Positions 18,701 to 25,714 of a stretch of 63,661 nucleotides of DNA are shown here, piece after piece. The stretch comes from an uncultured Oscillospiraceae bacterium (GTDB taxonomy: Bacteria > Bacillota > Clostridia > Oscillospirales > Oscillospiraceae), in contig CANQSD010000001.1 of the NCBI GenBank assembly GCA_947626385.1, positions 1-63,661 on the forward strand, in the 5' to 3' direction. Both the position numbers and the translations under genes were made by a program. Numbering within the stretch: position 1 is the first letter of the stretch; each line of letters starts with the position of its first letter. The notes beneath the pieces are model-generated. The model searched no databases, had not been told where the DNA came from, and worked only from the letters and a program-made list of their open reading frames with translations.

Positions 18701-20148
18701 CCGTTACCGTCACCGGGACCGATTGCGCCATAAAGGAAGGCTGGTTCGGCAGGCAGGTCACCGTTACCAAGAGCGGAGACGGCAAGACCAGCGTGGACGG
18801 CGCGTCCGTCACCTTGGATATCCCCGCCCGCCCCGAGGCGCCCACCGCCTCGTCGACCCAGGCCGGCAGCGCCACAGCCTCTGACGGCACCATCATCGTC
18901 ACCGTTGAGGACGGCAAAGCTTACGAGTACCGCAAGTTCGGCGAGAACAGCTGGAACACGGTTCCCGAGGGCGGGAAAGTGGAAGATCTTGCCTCCGGTA
19001 ATTACGAGGTCCGCGTGAAGGCGGGGGAGAGCTCCTTCGCCAGCGAAGCCGCCAGCGTGGAGGTCAAAGCCTACGTTGCCCCCTCAAACCCCGGCACCCC
19101 CGGCAGCAAGACGGAGACCGTCACCAATCCCGATGGCTCCACCACCACGACGACCACCGAGGCCGACGGGACCAGGACCGAGACGACGACCCAGACCGAC
19201 GGGACCGTCACCGAGAAGGTCACCTATCCCGACGGCTCCGCCGTTGAGACTACTACGACCTCCGATGGCGTCACCGGTCAGGTGACCACCGACGCCCAAG
19301 GCGAGATCACGGCCGTCGAGGTGGTGATCCCCGAGTCGAAGGACGGCGAGACCGTCACCGCACCCGTGGAGGTCCCCGCCGCCAAATCTACGGACGAGGC
19401 CCCGGAGATCAGCGTCAGGACCGGGTCCGAGGACACGACGAGGGTGGAGATCCCCGTCACCGAGTTCGGCCCCGGCACCGTGGCCGTGGTCGTCCACGAG
19501 GACGGCACGGAGGAGATCGTCCGCGACTGCGTCCTTGGCGAGAACGGCGTTGTGCTCAATATCGAGGGCGACGTGACGCTGAAGATCGTGGACAACACAA
19601 AGACCTTCAAGGATGTGGAGCCGGCAAATCACTGGGCCACGGAGGAGGTCGAGTTCGTCGCCGCGCGGCAGCTCTTCAACGGCACCGGCGAGGACGTGTT
19701 CTCGCCCGACGGCAACATGACGCGCGGCATGTTGGTCACGGTGCTCCACCGGCTGGCGTATGAGCCCGACGCGGCGGCGGCCGGCTTCGGCGACGTGGAC
19801 GCGGGCCGGTACTACGCCGAGGCGGTTTCCTGGGCCGCGGGCCTGGGCGTCGTCAACGGCAAGAGCGACGATCTTTTTGCGCCGGAGGAGGACATCACCC
19901 GTGAGGACCTGGCGGTGATCCTGTACCGCTACGCCGGGAAGATGGGTTACCGCCTGACGCGCGACGGAAAGTACAGCGCCTTCACGGACGCCAATGACAT
20001 TAACGGCTACGCTCAGGAGGCCATGGACTGGGCCGTGAGCGTGGGCCTCATTAGCGGCCGGGGCGACCGCCTTGCGCCGAAGGAGACCGCCACCCGCGCC
20101 GAGGTCGCCGCGATCTTCATGCGGTTCTGCGAGAATGTGATCAAGTAA
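12766..20148 (+). CDS. Giant (2460 aa) secreted multidomain surface protein with three C-terminal SLH domains
   Basis: Signal peptide, two jelly-roll/CBM-like regions and a Listeria-Bacteroides-type repeat (FLGWYDGEGKL). Then a beta-helix-like Gly-rich region, three MBG-like repeats (YTGAEQTVTATV..., YTGSEQSVTATL...), an alternating module array and a Thr-rich PDGS linker. Three SLH repeats occupy about 19605-20145. Strong RBS AAAGGAG. Confidence 0.9.
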   Translation: MKLQLKRFATLSLAIYMVISLLPMAAFAATAEASGDLDGLFTELPEGWSFTSQVGSAGYGTGKEGGEWKKSDIKHNGNTVWESVSELSDTPNAATASWITPSNTDKEYYVSFEYAFFKGADSTAEFSFGQSSNNRLNSLSNKGTPMEDVTGPEELESVTWQTANVAVPAGRGIGLLHKLNGAAGGREKVYVSNFKVYDELPQEWKATVKVTVTTDHLDLSNFTYVTGGNGNIQIKEDTQFPITLETTVDKTVTVGLVKLKQYVDFINWETNIPEGEWTSTDSSGFSWKVSKGGTYYITLRTEKHAPATLPGTIQLLKQEGDAWEPVQIKGCGNQTVTSLPSDAFSNYWWYDWTCGTDNGQKLRLQYSGTAENTEVKLYDDEKPVEVQVGEDGASYYEIAPNDTEHLLKMVVTSSEEGSVESAVTLLLWPTMTWEQAFGEQIEDLIVTEGNSARTLRRKPDALARLESLTLLTDTLSFEFNSKLPETIEIEGEQKPIRDESHQNIFTSQVFDKVISIDREVRFTAKKPGIISFDYLVTDGASLYSKYQVKDAEIYQYTNDLTVNSTNDGRENVYWTHHEYIIPAVGDSYYFESLPSKPDGFAAITNLKFLSEPKSITFSQEGADGTISVPEGSTFYVGQTLDLVASPADTSVFLGWYDGEGKLLTLSITYSLQIKSSTPGTITAKFGEKADNVAQIGTTLYTTLDDALSAAASGVDKTVKIVAKDLKIEKDTAIPAGVTVVLPCSASDMGYLVGDGINRSPDGTALSPATGKNITNTYCILTVADGRTLTIKGTLLVNAEVGRPGGGHYDQDVNGGCAVVQLSPGSKIVVESGGLLDVFGYVKGTGTVTVKSGGTASDLYVVRNWRGGSQAFAIYPLVYPMNQEDMHNIEVETVVENGGRLEGSVRMYAGGYFSYTRFPQDDGTNGLIRGGTVTKTLTPKGEKYESREKIVLNGTGNISYSALMIVGLEMSTGDFLFPIDGDMDFEVNGTWTITDQLKFMPGAIVTLKDSANVTISEKTQRSIDKNQDGPSEPIQGNNVVFYDTTFIDTMKAQMADTNYPTEKRGDAKLVMEGGTTLTANGAFAGKIEIAESATETHPAVVTFNGGVEVKSKEANDYCKIGGASNPNPIRDLTFTAVIDGCTVESGKTYTCWKEGGVTVIKAAEDGKETNSVTYNGDAQKWADDSAAYEYKAADGPWAGEAKNAGEYSVRKVTSSGSGYKLVEVLGTLTVKPIVAKFALDNASLTYTGAEQTVTATVTNKVDGEDVTAILTGDTGTDADSYTAKVTGITGEGAENYTIDGATVELPWTIGKAQLTLTWGEQTEFTYTGSEQSVTATLSGQLNGDALTVTLSGDKNTDVGNYQATAVIEGDKLGSYEKPTNLTLEWSITKAPAPGITFPTVTEEVTYDPNGKLENVKLTGGSEEYGTFEWAEPNTVPEVGKSYTVTFTPSKKSKQNYEEITQLTAQVDANVIKGGQDAPVYVTATQPDHIDGKGSITGVTTNMEYQKDGDGDTWKDVTDTTIPDLDPGTYKVRYKENSNQNASPATEVTINEFSPDQEITPSAAIDFKAEKLTGLTAGGEYKINEQNVTADGEGKIDIDEDWIGTTVSVVRKGDGVKTEDSESQSLPIPNRPAAPEGLTGGYTSAPEGSDGKVTGLTNAEYEYKASDVWQPLTAETELAAGTYQVRLAATDTAFYGEETTVTITDPTVEKTPAITIDYKAEQLTGFEDGTYTVNGTQITVTDKKADIDPDWFGATVEIVKKGTSPTSIDSEAQSLEIPARPAAPGVTVRRVSEAGKDNGGFTVTDPTEGSAYEYKKGESGAWTDLEGTKAENLSEGTYYVRVKAADNTFAGETVSAVVTLKDGQAAPSLTVTQAAAIGETGSVTGLTVAMEWSEQENGVYVPFTEDKIAELAKVEGSLHIWVRLSETEDLAHSPAVEVNIRKFVPETMETPTDISIDYTNETLTNLTEGAYKVTVDGQESTVTVTGTDCAIKEGWFGRQVTVTKSGDGKTSVDGASVTLDIPARPEAPTASSTQAGSATASDGTIIVTVEDGKAYEYRKFGENSWNTVPEGGKVEDLASGNYEVRVKAGESSFASEAASVEVKAYVAPSNPGTPGSKTETVTNPDGSTTTTTTEADGTRTETTTQTDGTVTEKVTYPDGSAVETTTTSDGVTGQVTTDAQGEITAVEVVIPESKDGETVTAPVEVPAAKSTDEAPEISVRTGSEDTTRVEIPVTEFGPGTVAVVVHEDGTEEIVRDCVLGENGVVLNIEGDVTLKIVDNTKTFKDVEPANHWATEEVEFVAARQLFNGTGEDVFSPDGNMTRGMLVTVLHRLAYEPDAAAAGFGDVDAGRYYAEAVSWAAGLGVVNGKSDDLFAPEEDITREDLAVILYRYAGKMGYRLTRDGKYSAFTDANDINGYAQEAMDWAVSVGLISGRGDRLAPKETATRAEVAAIFMRFCENVIK
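17180..19075 (+). repeat. Intragenic array of alternating about 80-aa modules (A: I/TIDYKAEQLTG...IPARPAAP; B: ...YEYK....W......L..GTY.VRV.A...)
   Basis: Three A-type and five B-type modules recognisable by eye in the translation. They are diverged at the DNA level. Confidence 0.6.
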
Positions 20149-20161
20149 GGAAACAGCGTTA

Positions 20162-20192
20162 GCCCCCCGGCGAAAGCCGGGGGGCGGTTTTT
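20162..20192 (+). terminator. Rho-independent terminator of the giant SLH gene
   Basis: GCCCCCCGGC-GAAA-GCCGGGGGGC (10-bp stem, GNRA loop) followed by GGTTTTT. Confidence 0.7.
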
Positions 20193-20195
20193 GCG

Positions 20196-20395
20196 ACAGG
20201 CTGAGCCCCTCCCAGAGGGAGGGGCTTTGGCTGGTGCGTTTTTTCGTAACCGCTCTGTCATCCCACCTTCGCTTCCCCCCTTGCCCCCCTCCTACGAGGA
20301 GGGGGCTTAAAAAGGTTGCGGCTTCGCCGCATTTTTTTATAAAGGCGGCGCTAAGCTTGGCTCCTTCCCAAGAGGGAGGTTTACAAATCAGGGCG
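20196..20395. repeat. Second locus of the hairpin/repeat-unit family
   Basis: Hairpin 20203-20226, then GGTGCGTTTTTTCG and a unit at 20250-20331 that is near-identical to the reverse complement of 3344-3423. It includes hairpins CCCCCTCCT-ACG-AGGAGGGGG and TGCGGC-TTC-GCCGCA. Confidence 0.7.
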
Positions 20396-20432
20396 GGGCG
20401 TGTATACTGTGGGAAAAAGGTGGTGCGCGGCG

Positions 20433-21488
20433 ATGGGAAAATGCTCGTTTATCGTGGTGGGCTCCGGGTGGAGGAGCGAATTTTACGCGCGGATCGCGAG
20501 GCGCTTTCCGGCGCTTTTCGAGCTCAAATATATCCTGTGCCGGACCGAGAAGAAGGCCCGGGCGATGGGGGAGCGGCTGGGGGTGCCCGCCACGGCCTCG
20601 GAGGAGCGGTGTATCAAGGCGCGGCCTGACTTTGTCGTGGCGGCAGTCAACAAGGAGTCCCTTTTCGAGGTCACGCGCCATTGGGCGGGGCTGGGGTTCC
20701 CGGTGCTCATGGAGACGCCGGCTGGGATCCGCGAGGAGGACCTGTGGGCGCTTTGGGAGCTTGCCAGGGCCGGCGCGATGATCCGGGTGGCGGAGCAGTA
20801 TTTCCGCTATCCTCTGGTGGCTTGCGGCCTCCGGGCGCTTGCGCGGGGGCTTATCGGGGAGACAGACAGCGTGGAGCTGTCGCTGGTCCATGACTACCAC
20901 GCCATGAGCCTCATCCGGCGGATGCTGGGTTTCGGGCCTGAGGACTTCACCGTCACGGGCCGGGAATTTGTCAGCCCCGTGGAGGAGACGGATTCCCGCT
21001 ATGGTCCCGTGACGGACGGGACGGTGAAGGCGCGGGGGCGTGTCCGGGCGGAATTCGTCTTTTCCGGCGGCAAGCGGGCCTTCTATGACTTTGACGGCGT
21101 GCAGTACCACAGCTTCATCCGCGCGCGCCACATCGAAGTCCGGGGCGTCCGGGGACAGTGGAACGACACGGTCGTCCGGTACGTGGACGCCGGCCACGCG
21201 CCGGGGCTTTTAAAGCTTCGGGCGGAGGCTGTATCGGGCTATGAGGCGCTGATGACGCCGGAGCTTGCGGAAATCGGGGCGCGCTGGGACCCCTTCGTCC
21301 ACATGGAAACGGCCCAGGACGAGTACGCCATTGCCACGCTTCTTCTGGACTTCGGGACGCTCCTGCGCGCGGGACGGGAGTTTTACCCCTTGAGCGAGGC
21401 TTTGGAGGACGCTTATATGTGGCTGCGGATGAAAAGGGCGGTGGAGACAGGGGAGAGGGTCCCGTCGGAGCCAAGGCCGTGGCGATGA
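20433..21488 (+). CDS. Gfo/Idh/MocA-like NAD(P)-dependent oxidoreductase (putative)
   Basis: N-terminal Rossmann pattern FIVVGSGWRS...ARPDFVVAAV...GFPVLMETPAG resembles the family layout, but ETP replaces the usual EKP. RBS AAAGGTGG precedes ATG 20433. Confidence 0.55.
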   Translation: MGKCSFIVVGSGWRSEFYARIARRFPALFELKYILCRTEKKARAMGERLGVPATASEERCIKARPDFVVAAVNKESLFEVTRHWAGLGFPVLMETPAGIREEDLWALWELARAGAMIRVAEQYFRYPLVACGLRALARGLIGETDSVELSLVHDYHAMSLIRRMLGFGPEDFTVTGREFVSPVEETDSRYGPVTDGTVKARGRVRAEFVFSGGKRAFYDFDGVQYHSFIRARHIEVRGVRGQWNDTVVRYVDAGHAPGLLKLRAEAVSGYEALMTPELAEIGARWDPFVHMETAQDEYAIATLLLDFGTLLRAGREFYPLSEALEDAYMWLRMKRAVETGERVPSEPRPWR

Positions 21489-21518
21489 GGCGCAAACAGG
21501 AGGATATGGGAAAAAGCC

Positions 21519-21547
21519 TTGATTTGTTCACATTTTCGGCGTAAAAT
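21519..21547 (+). promoter_or_regulatory. Putative sigma-A promoter of the GT2/membrane/GtrA operon
   Basis: TTGATT, 17-nt spacer, TAAAAT, 33 nt upstream of ATG 21580. Confidence 0.45.
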
Positions 21548-21579
21548 GAGCCGGTAGAACATTCGAACGGAGAGATGGC

Positions 21580-22536
21580 ATGGATAAGATAGCCGTTTTG
21601 ATCCCCTGCTACAACGAAAGCCTCACGGTGGCCAAGGTGGTGGAGGACTGGAAGCGCGCCCTGCCGGAGGCGGTGGTCTACGTATACGACAACAACTCCA
21701 CCGACGGCACCGCGGACATCGCCCGCGAGGCCGGCGCGGTGGTGCGGCACGAGTACCAGCAGGGAAAGGGCAACGTGATCCGCCGTATGTTCCGGGAGGT
21801 GGACGCCCGGGTCTACCTCATGGTGGACGGGGACGACACCTACCCCGCCGACTGCGCCCGGGAAATGGTGGATCTGGTGCTCCACCGGCAGGCGGACATG
21901 GTGGTGGGGGACAGGCTCTCCTCCACGTACTTCACGGAGAACAAACGGCCCTTCCACAACTTCGGCAACGCCCTGGTGCGCTTCGCCATCAACACGCTCT
22001 TCAAGGCCGACATCCGGGACATCATGACCGGGTGCCGGGCGTTCAGCTTCGAGTTCGTCAAGACCTTCCCGGTGCTGTCCTCCGGCTTTGAGATCGAGAC
22101 GGAGATGACCATCCATGCGCTGGATAAGAACATGAAGATCGACCAGGTGGTGATCCCTTACCGGGACAGGCCGGCGGGGAGCCAGTCCAAGCTCAACACG
22201 GTAAGGGACGGCATGAAGGTCCTGCGGACCATTTTGAAGCTCCACAGGAATTACAAGCCCTGCGCCTTCTTTGGCGCCATCGCGGCGCTTTTGATGCTTC
22301 TGGCGGCGGGCTTCTTTATTCCCGTGCTGGTCACCTACATCCGCACGGGGCTGGTGCCCAATTTCCCCACGCTCATCGTCTGCGGCTTCACGGCCATCGC
22401 CGCGCTCCTGTCCTTTTTCGCGGGGCTCCAGCTCCAGAACGCCGTGCAGAAGAATAAGCAGGATTTCGAGCTGGAGCGCATCCAGATGAATTGGCGCTTC
22501 CGGGAGCTCATGGCGGGGGAGGACACGTATGAGTAA
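21580..22536 (+). CDS. Family 2 glycosyltransferase with C-terminal TM helices (GtrB/CsbB-like polyprenyl-phosphate sugar synthase)
   Basis: IAVLIPCYNES, YDNNSTDGT and DGDDTYP (DxD) motifs, with two C-terminal TM helices. Confidence 0.85.
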   Translation: MDKIAVLIPCYNESLTVAKVVEDWKRALPEAVVYVYDNNSTDGTADIAREAGAVVRHEYQQGKGNVIRRMFREVDARVYLMVDGDDTYPADCAREMVDLVLHRQADMVVGDRLSSTYFTENKRPFHNFGNALVRFAINTLFKADIRDIMTGCRAFSFEFVKTFPVLSSGFEIETEMTIHALDKNMKIDQVVIPYRDRPAGSQSKLNTVRDGMKVLRTILKLHRNYKPCAFFGAIAALLMLLAAGFFIPVLVTYIRTGLVPNFPTLIVCGFTAIAALLSFFAGLQLQNAVQKNKQDFELERIQMNWRFRELMAGEDTYE

Positions 22537-24103
22537 GCGCCTGCGGGGCTGGCTGGACGCCTATGCCATGTTCTTTTACCCCGCCTTAATTCTGCTGACG
22601 GCGGTTCTGGTCCTGACAGCGGGGAAGCGGTGGCTCTACGCGGGCGTTGGGGCGATCCTGCTCTTTGCTTTCCGCCCCGGCTCCGCCCTCCACCGGCCCA
22701 CGGTGGAGACTTGCCGGCCCTGGAAGGTCCTGGTCACCGTCCTGGCGGCGGCCGCCACGGCCGCGGCGTGTCTCTGGCCCATGGGGAAGCTCCCCATCTG
22801 GAACGGGGAGGAGCCGGGGCACCGGAACCAATACGAGCTCATGGCGGAGACTATTCTGGACGGACGGATCGAGTTTGCCTACGGCGACGAGGATACCCTG
22901 AAGGACCTGGAGAACCCCTACGACCCGAACGAACGGGCGGAGGCGAGGGTCTACTACCACTGGGACCACGCCTACTACAAGGGGCATTACTATATGTACT
23001 TCGGCGTCGTGCCCGTGCTCCTCGTCTTCATCCCCTACAGGCTTCTGACGGGGGAGGCCCTGACCACCTACCACGCCACGCAGCTCTTTACGGTCCTCAT
23101 CATCGCGGGCATCTTTGCCCTTTTCTGGATGGCGGCGCGGCTTTTCTTCCGCAAGCTGTCCTTCGACGTGTATATCGCCCTCTCTGTGGCCTTTTCGGTC
23201 ATGAGCGTCTGGTACGCCTGCGCCGAGCCGGCCCTCTACTGCACCGCTATCACCGCCGCCGTGGCGCTGGAGGTGTGGAGCCTTTTCTTCTTCATCCGCG
23301 CCGTCTGGGGCGAAACGCGGGAGAACCGGCAGATCGCTCTTGCCGGCGTGGGGGCTCTTTTAGGGGCGCTGGCCTTCGGATGCCGGCCCACGGTGGCGCT
23401 GGCGAACCTTCTGGTTATCCCGATGCTGGCGGCCTTTCTGAAAAAGCGCTCCGTGACCTGGAAGCTTATAGGGAAGCTGGCGCTGGCGGCGCTTCCCTAT
23501 GTGGTAGTTGGCGCGGCGCTGATGGTCTATAACTACGTCCGGTTTGAGGACCCCTTCGAGTTCGGACAGGCGTATCAGCTCACCATAGCGGACCAGCATA
23601 ACTACCGCGTCAGCCTGGACAGCGCGACGGTCCTGCGGGTGCTCAACGACACGGCCAACAACTTTTTCGCGCTGGGGCGCATCGGCACCGCTTTCCCGTA
23701 CCTGCGGTCCTCCAGCGCCTTTGCCAATTTCCCCATTCTCTTTTTGACTGTCCTCGCCTTCCTCCCGGCGCTCAGTGCCGGACGGGAACACCGCCTGGGG
23801 CCTCTGCTTGCGGGACTGGTGGTCACGGTGCTGGTCATCACCGCCTTTGAGATCGTCTGGACGCCGTACCTTTTGGAGCGCTATCGGATGGATCTCTACT
23901 TCCTCCTGGGGCTCCTGTGCTTCCTCGCCGTGGGCCTGTGGTACGGCTCCCTGGGGGAGAAGGGGCGGAGGAGACTTGCCTTTGTCTCCATGTCCCTGGC
24001 GGCGGCGACGGTGGTGTCGGCCTTCCTCCTGTGCGTTTACACCGTTGGCATCTACTACCCGGAGAAGGTGGGCGTCATCGGAAGCCTCCTGGGTCTTGCG
24101 TGA
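22529..24103 (+). CDS. Polytopic (about 12 TM) membrane protein, putative GT-C-type glycosyltransferase
   Basis: Hydrophobicity pattern, and an extracytoplasmic loop after the first TM helices rich in D/E/Y (YGDEDTLKDLENPYDPNERAE...WDHAYYKGHYYMYFG). 8-nt overlap with the GT2 gene and a GtrA gene directly downstream. Function is inferred from context only. Confidence 0.5.
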   Translation: MSKRLRGWLDAYAMFFYPALILLTAVLVLTAGKRWLYAGVGAILLFAFRPGSALHRPTVETCRPWKVLVTVLAAAATAAACLWPMGKLPIWNGEEPGHRNQYELMAETILDGRIEFAYGDEDTLKDLENPYDPNERAEARVYYHWDHAYYKGHYYMYFGVVPVLLVFIPYRLLTGEALTTYHATQLFTVLIIAGIFALFWMAARLFFRKLSFDVYIALSVAFSVMSVWYACAEPALYCTAITAAVALEVWSLFFFIRAVWGETRENRQIALAGVGALLGALAFGCRPTVALANLLVIPMLAAFLKKRSVTWKLIGKLALAALPYVVVGAALMVYNYVRFEDPFEFGQAYQLTIADQHNYRVSLDSATVLRVLNDTANNFFALGRIGTAFPYLRSSSAFANFPILFLTVLAFLPALSAGREHRLGPLLAGLVVTVLVITAFEIVWTPYLLERYRMDLYFLLGLLCFLAVGLWYGSLGEKGRRRLAFVSMSLAAATVVSAFLLCVYTVGIYYPEKVGVIGSLLGLA

Positions 24104-24114
24104 GGGGGCGAAGG

Positions 24115-24558
24115 ATGAACGACAAATCGCTTATAGAGACAGTCAAGCGCCTCCTTCGGGAGCACGGGGAGATCGTCTCCTACCTCTTCTTCGGCGTCTG
24201 CGCCATGCTGGTGAACATGGCGGCCTACTATGTCCTCTACGAGCTTCTGGACGTGGGTAACGTCCCCGCCACGGTCCTTGCGTGGCTGGCGGCGGTGGTT
24301 TTCGCCTTCTTCACCAACAAGCGCTGGGTTTTTAAAAGCCGCCGGGAGACCGGCGCGGGCCTTTTGGCGGAGCTTACGTCCTTCTTCGGCTGCCGCGTGC
24401 TCACGGGCATTCTGGACGTGGTCATCATGGCCGTCGCCGTGGACAGGCTCCACGGGAACGGGGTCCTCTGGAAGCTCGTCTCCAATGTTGTCGTCACCGT
24501 CCTCAACTACGTGGCCAGCAAATTTTTCATTTTCAAACAAAAACCGGACAAAAAATAA
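24115..24558 (+). CDS. GtrA-family membrane protein (putative polyprenyl-phosphate-sugar flippase)
   Basis: Four TM helices and the family hallmark FFTNKRWVFKS...NYVASKFFIF. ATG 24115 follows AAGG. Confidence 0.8.
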   Translation: MNDKSLIETVKRLLREHGEIVSYLFFGVCAMLVNMAAYYVLYELLDVGNVPATVLAWLAAVVFAFFTNKRWVFKSRRETGAGLLAELTSFFGCRVLTGILDVVIMAVAVDRLHGNGVLWKLVSNVVVTVLNYVASKFFIFKQKPDKK

Positions 24559-24597
24559 GCGCGGCCCTTCCCGAGAGAAGAGCCGCGTTATTGTTTG

Positions 24598-25497
24598 TTA
24601 ACTCAAGTCCGCTTTTCTCACGATGCCGAAGCCCAGGGGATAGGGGCCGGTGTGGACGGAGATGGCGGCGCCGATGTGGTAGATGTCCAGCGGCTGGTCG
24701 TGGCCGATGGAGCGCAGATGCTCCCGAATCACGTCCCGGAAGACCTCCCCCTCGGCGTAGTCGTAGCCGTAGCCGATGCACGCCACGTACTCGTCGGGGC
24801 TTTGGAAGGTGGCGGTGACGTACTTGGTCACCAGCTTGCCCACCATATCCATGGACTTTTTCCGGGACCTGGTGATGCCGGAGGGGAAGATCTCCCCCTC
24901 CTTCAGGGTGATGAGCGGCCGGATGCCCAGGAGCGCCCCGGCCATGCCGGTGAGCTTGCCGATACGCCCGCCGGCGCGGAGGTAATCGAGATTGCCCACG
25001 GTGAAGAGGATGCGCCCGGAGGGGAGAATATCCGTCAGGCGCTTGACCGACACCTCAAAATCGAACCCGGCATCGCGAAGTTTACATAACTCAAGCACCA
25101 CCAGCCCCTGGAGCACCGTGTCCACGGTGGAGTCGATGACGGCGCACTTACGGTCGGGGTGCTCCTCCAGGAAGAGGTCCCGCGCGGCGCGGGCCACGTC
25201 GTAGCAGGAGGAGAACTTGCGCGTGATGGTGAGGCAAATCACATCCTCCCCGGCCTTGGCCGCCTCCTCAAAGGCCGCCAGGAAGTCCGACGTGGGGGGC
25301 ATGGAGCTCTTGGGAAACTGCCCGGGATGCTCCACCATCCACTTATAAAAGTCAGCTTTGGAAATGTCCACGTTTTCCCTGATGTAATTGGTATCGTCCA
25401 TGGTCACGTAAAAGGGGACCACATGGATGTCCCGCTCCCGGCAGATCTCCTCGGGAAGATCGCAGGAGCCGTCGGAGATGATCCGATATTTTGCCAC
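24598..25497 (-). CDS. DegV family (fatty-acid-binding, FakB-like) protein
   Basis: YRIISDGSCDLP... is DegV-like throughout. GTG 25497 has better AGGAGG spacing than the track start at 25506. Confidence 0.85.
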   Translation of the reverse strand: MAKYRIISDGSCDLPEEICRERDIHVVPFYVTMDDTNYIRENVDISKADFYKWMVEHPGQFPKSSMPPTSDFLAAFEEAAKAGEDVICLTITRKFSSCYDVARAARDLFLEEHPDRKCAVIDSTVDTVLQGLVVLELCKLRDAGFDFEVSVKRLTDILPSGRILFTVGNLDYLRAGGRIGKLTGMAGALLGIRPLITLKEGEIFPSGITRSRKKSMDMVGKLVTKYVTATFQSPDEYVACIGYGYDYAEGEVFRDVIREHLRSIGHDQPLDIYHIGAAISVHTGPYPLGFGIVRKADLS

Positions 25498-25714
25498 TTC
25501 CCGCACCTCCTTACAAACAAATCATTCTATTCTAATTATAGTCCATTAACTGGTTCTCCACAATATGCAACAATTTCTCCAAATGTACCATTAAACCGAA
25601 CACACTGCCGGGTTTATGTTCATGAGAGCTTCCGTTTTTCCAAAAAAGCGCGGGAGTTTTTGGCCGCGGTATCGTCTAATAAGTGAAGGGGCGAAAGCCC
25701 GGGGAGGTGAGCCG

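Noticed and set aside
25640-25700. ECF-type autoregulatory promoter upstream of the sigma gene (CGTCTAA at about 25670-25676 as a -10 element).
   Set aside because: No GAAC/AAC-type -35 element lies at the expected 16-17-nt spacing, so this is not supportable by eye.
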